Shown here one piece after another: positions 62,937 through 64,000 of a DNA stretch of 64,000 nucleotides. Within the stretch, counting starts at the first letter, position 1. Each line of letters begins with the position of its first letter. The translations under genes were made by a program, and so were the position numbers. The stretch is from an uncultured Chloroflexia bacterium. Its GTDB lineage: Bacteria > Chloroflexota > Anaerolineae > CG2-30-64-16. The stretch covers positions 832,001-896,000 of the forward strand of contig CAWEMM010000006.1 of NCBI GenBank assembly GCA_963810095.1, in the 5' to 3' direction. The notes beneath the pieces are model-generated. The model had not been told where the DNA came from, made no database searches, and was given only the letters and a program-made list of their open reading frames with translations.

Positions 62937-64000
62937 TCACTCGTCTAGCTGCCTTGCCAGGTCGGAGGCGGTCATGACCGGCAGGTTGCACGCGTAGTTC
63001 CGGCAGACGTAGGCGGTGGGCTTGCCGTCTCGCAACGGGCGGTCATGAAGCAAGGCCACCTGTTCGGCTGACTCGCTCTCAGGCGAACCGCCGGCCACCA
63101 CGCTGGTCGGCAGGAAGCGCCGCCACACCTCGGCCAGCAGCTCCTGCGCCTCCTCCGGCTCACCCATCACCGCGATCTCATAGCCCGAATGCACGTTGAA
63201 ATCCAGCGCGCTCAGCAGCCGGCCGAATGCCAGCGGCTGTTCGCTCATGCCGTCGGCCATGAGGTGCAAGGGGCCTTCCCCTGCCGTCACGTAGGCGGGC
63301 CGGTCGAGCAGTTTTGCCAGGCGCAGGAGGAGCTCCGCCGCGAGCGAGTTGCCCGCAGGCACGGCGCTATCGACGAAATCCTTGCGCCGGGCCACCAGCT
63401 TCTCATGGTCGGCCGCGGTCTGGAAGAAGCCGCCGTTTTCCGGATCGTGGAAACGGTCAAGGATCTCGTCCCCGAGGCTGACGGCCGCCTGGAGCCACCG
63501 GTACTCAAAGGTGACCTGGTAGAGCGCCAGCAGCCCGAGCGCAACGGCCGCGTAGTCCTCCAGGTAGCCATTAAGGTGGGCGCGCCCATCGTGGGCGGGG
63601 CCTTCCTTCCAAGTCCGATGCAAGCGCATACCCTCGGCCGAGGTATCGCGCATTTCGCCGAGCAAGAACTCGGCGTTGCGGCGGGCCGCCAGCAAGTAGT
63701 CGGCCCGCCCCAGCACGGCGCCGGCTTCGGCAAAGGCATGAAGCGTCAACCCGTTCCACTCGGCCAGCACCTTTTCGTCCCGCCCGGGGTGCACCCGTTC
63801 CGCCCGCGCCTCGAGCAGAACCTGGCGAGCGCGCAGGATGGCCGAGTCCAGGCGCTCGGGCGTCACATCCAGGTCCGCAGCGACGTCCTCGACCGGCCGC
63901 CGGACGTGCAAGATGTTGGCTCCGAGCCCGCCGAGCACACCCGCGCCCTCCCGCCAGTTGCCCCGCTGCGTTACGCCCCAGTAACCTGCCGCCAGCCGGC
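62937..64000 (-). CDS. Thioredoxin-domain protein YyaL/SPATA20 (DUF255), 3' part
   Basis: RDEKVLAEWNGL, GYLEDYA, DSAVPAGNS, TAYVCRNYAC; runs off the window end. Confidence 0.92.
   Translation of the reverse strand, partial: RLAAGYWGVTQRGNWREGAGVLGGLGANILHVRRPVEDVAADLDVTPERLDSAILRARQVLLEARAERVHPGRDEKVLAEWNGLTLHAFAEAGAVLGRADYLLAARRNAEFLLGEMRDTSAEGMRLHRTWKEGPAHDGRAHLNGYLEDYAAVALGLLALYQVTFEYRWLQAAVSLGDEILDRFHDPENGGFFQTAADHEKLVARRKDFVDSAVPAGNSLAAELLLRLAKLLDRPAYVTAGEGPLHLMADGMSEQPLAFGRLLSALDFNVHSGYEIAVMGEPEEAQELLAEVWRRFLPTSVVAGGSPESESAEQVALLHDRPLRDGKPTAYVCRNYACNLPVMTASDLARQLDE

Overview
GC-rich bacterial chromosomal segment, most consistent with a Chloroflexota (Anaerolineae/Caldilineae-like) genome; this is inferred from protein styles (PT-rich linkers, YLPxxxR ending, sortase, Gram-positive-type LexA box). 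Many genes are split by single-base frameshifts, most likely long-read indel errors. Housekeeping content: a nucleoside-type ABC transporter, radA, P450, purA-purB, holA, mutS2, a GDP-mannose synthesis pair, an ECF41-like sigma, dnaK, htrA, rny-recX-recA, a CPA2 antiporter and a YyaL-like gene. The interesting parts are two cell-surface islands (about 11-23.3 kb and 41-56 kb) and a small operon at 23.5-25.9 kb. (1) An unannotated 42-aa peptide gene with a YxxP RRE-type leader sits behind a PqqD/RRE gene and an HPr-kinase-like gene, with no cyclase or radical SAM enzyme in the window. (2) Two catalytically intact C25 (gingipain/PorU-like) peptidases flank an Fn3-like/PT/TM protein, while two unrelated secreted enzymes (GH13 amylase, S8 protease) end in the same ~90-aa 'VGDP..N.FY..VN.AG..DS..AEFDF.LV.G' C-terminal domain, which suggests an undescribed C25-based surface sorting system. 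(3) A sortase lies beside an LPATG protein with no membrane tail and a GT-C glycosyltransferase. (4) An operon with tandem LexA-like boxes encodes an anchor-less, gamma-less FtsK motor plus three small proteins. No rRNA, tRNA, CRISPR array or transposase was seen.
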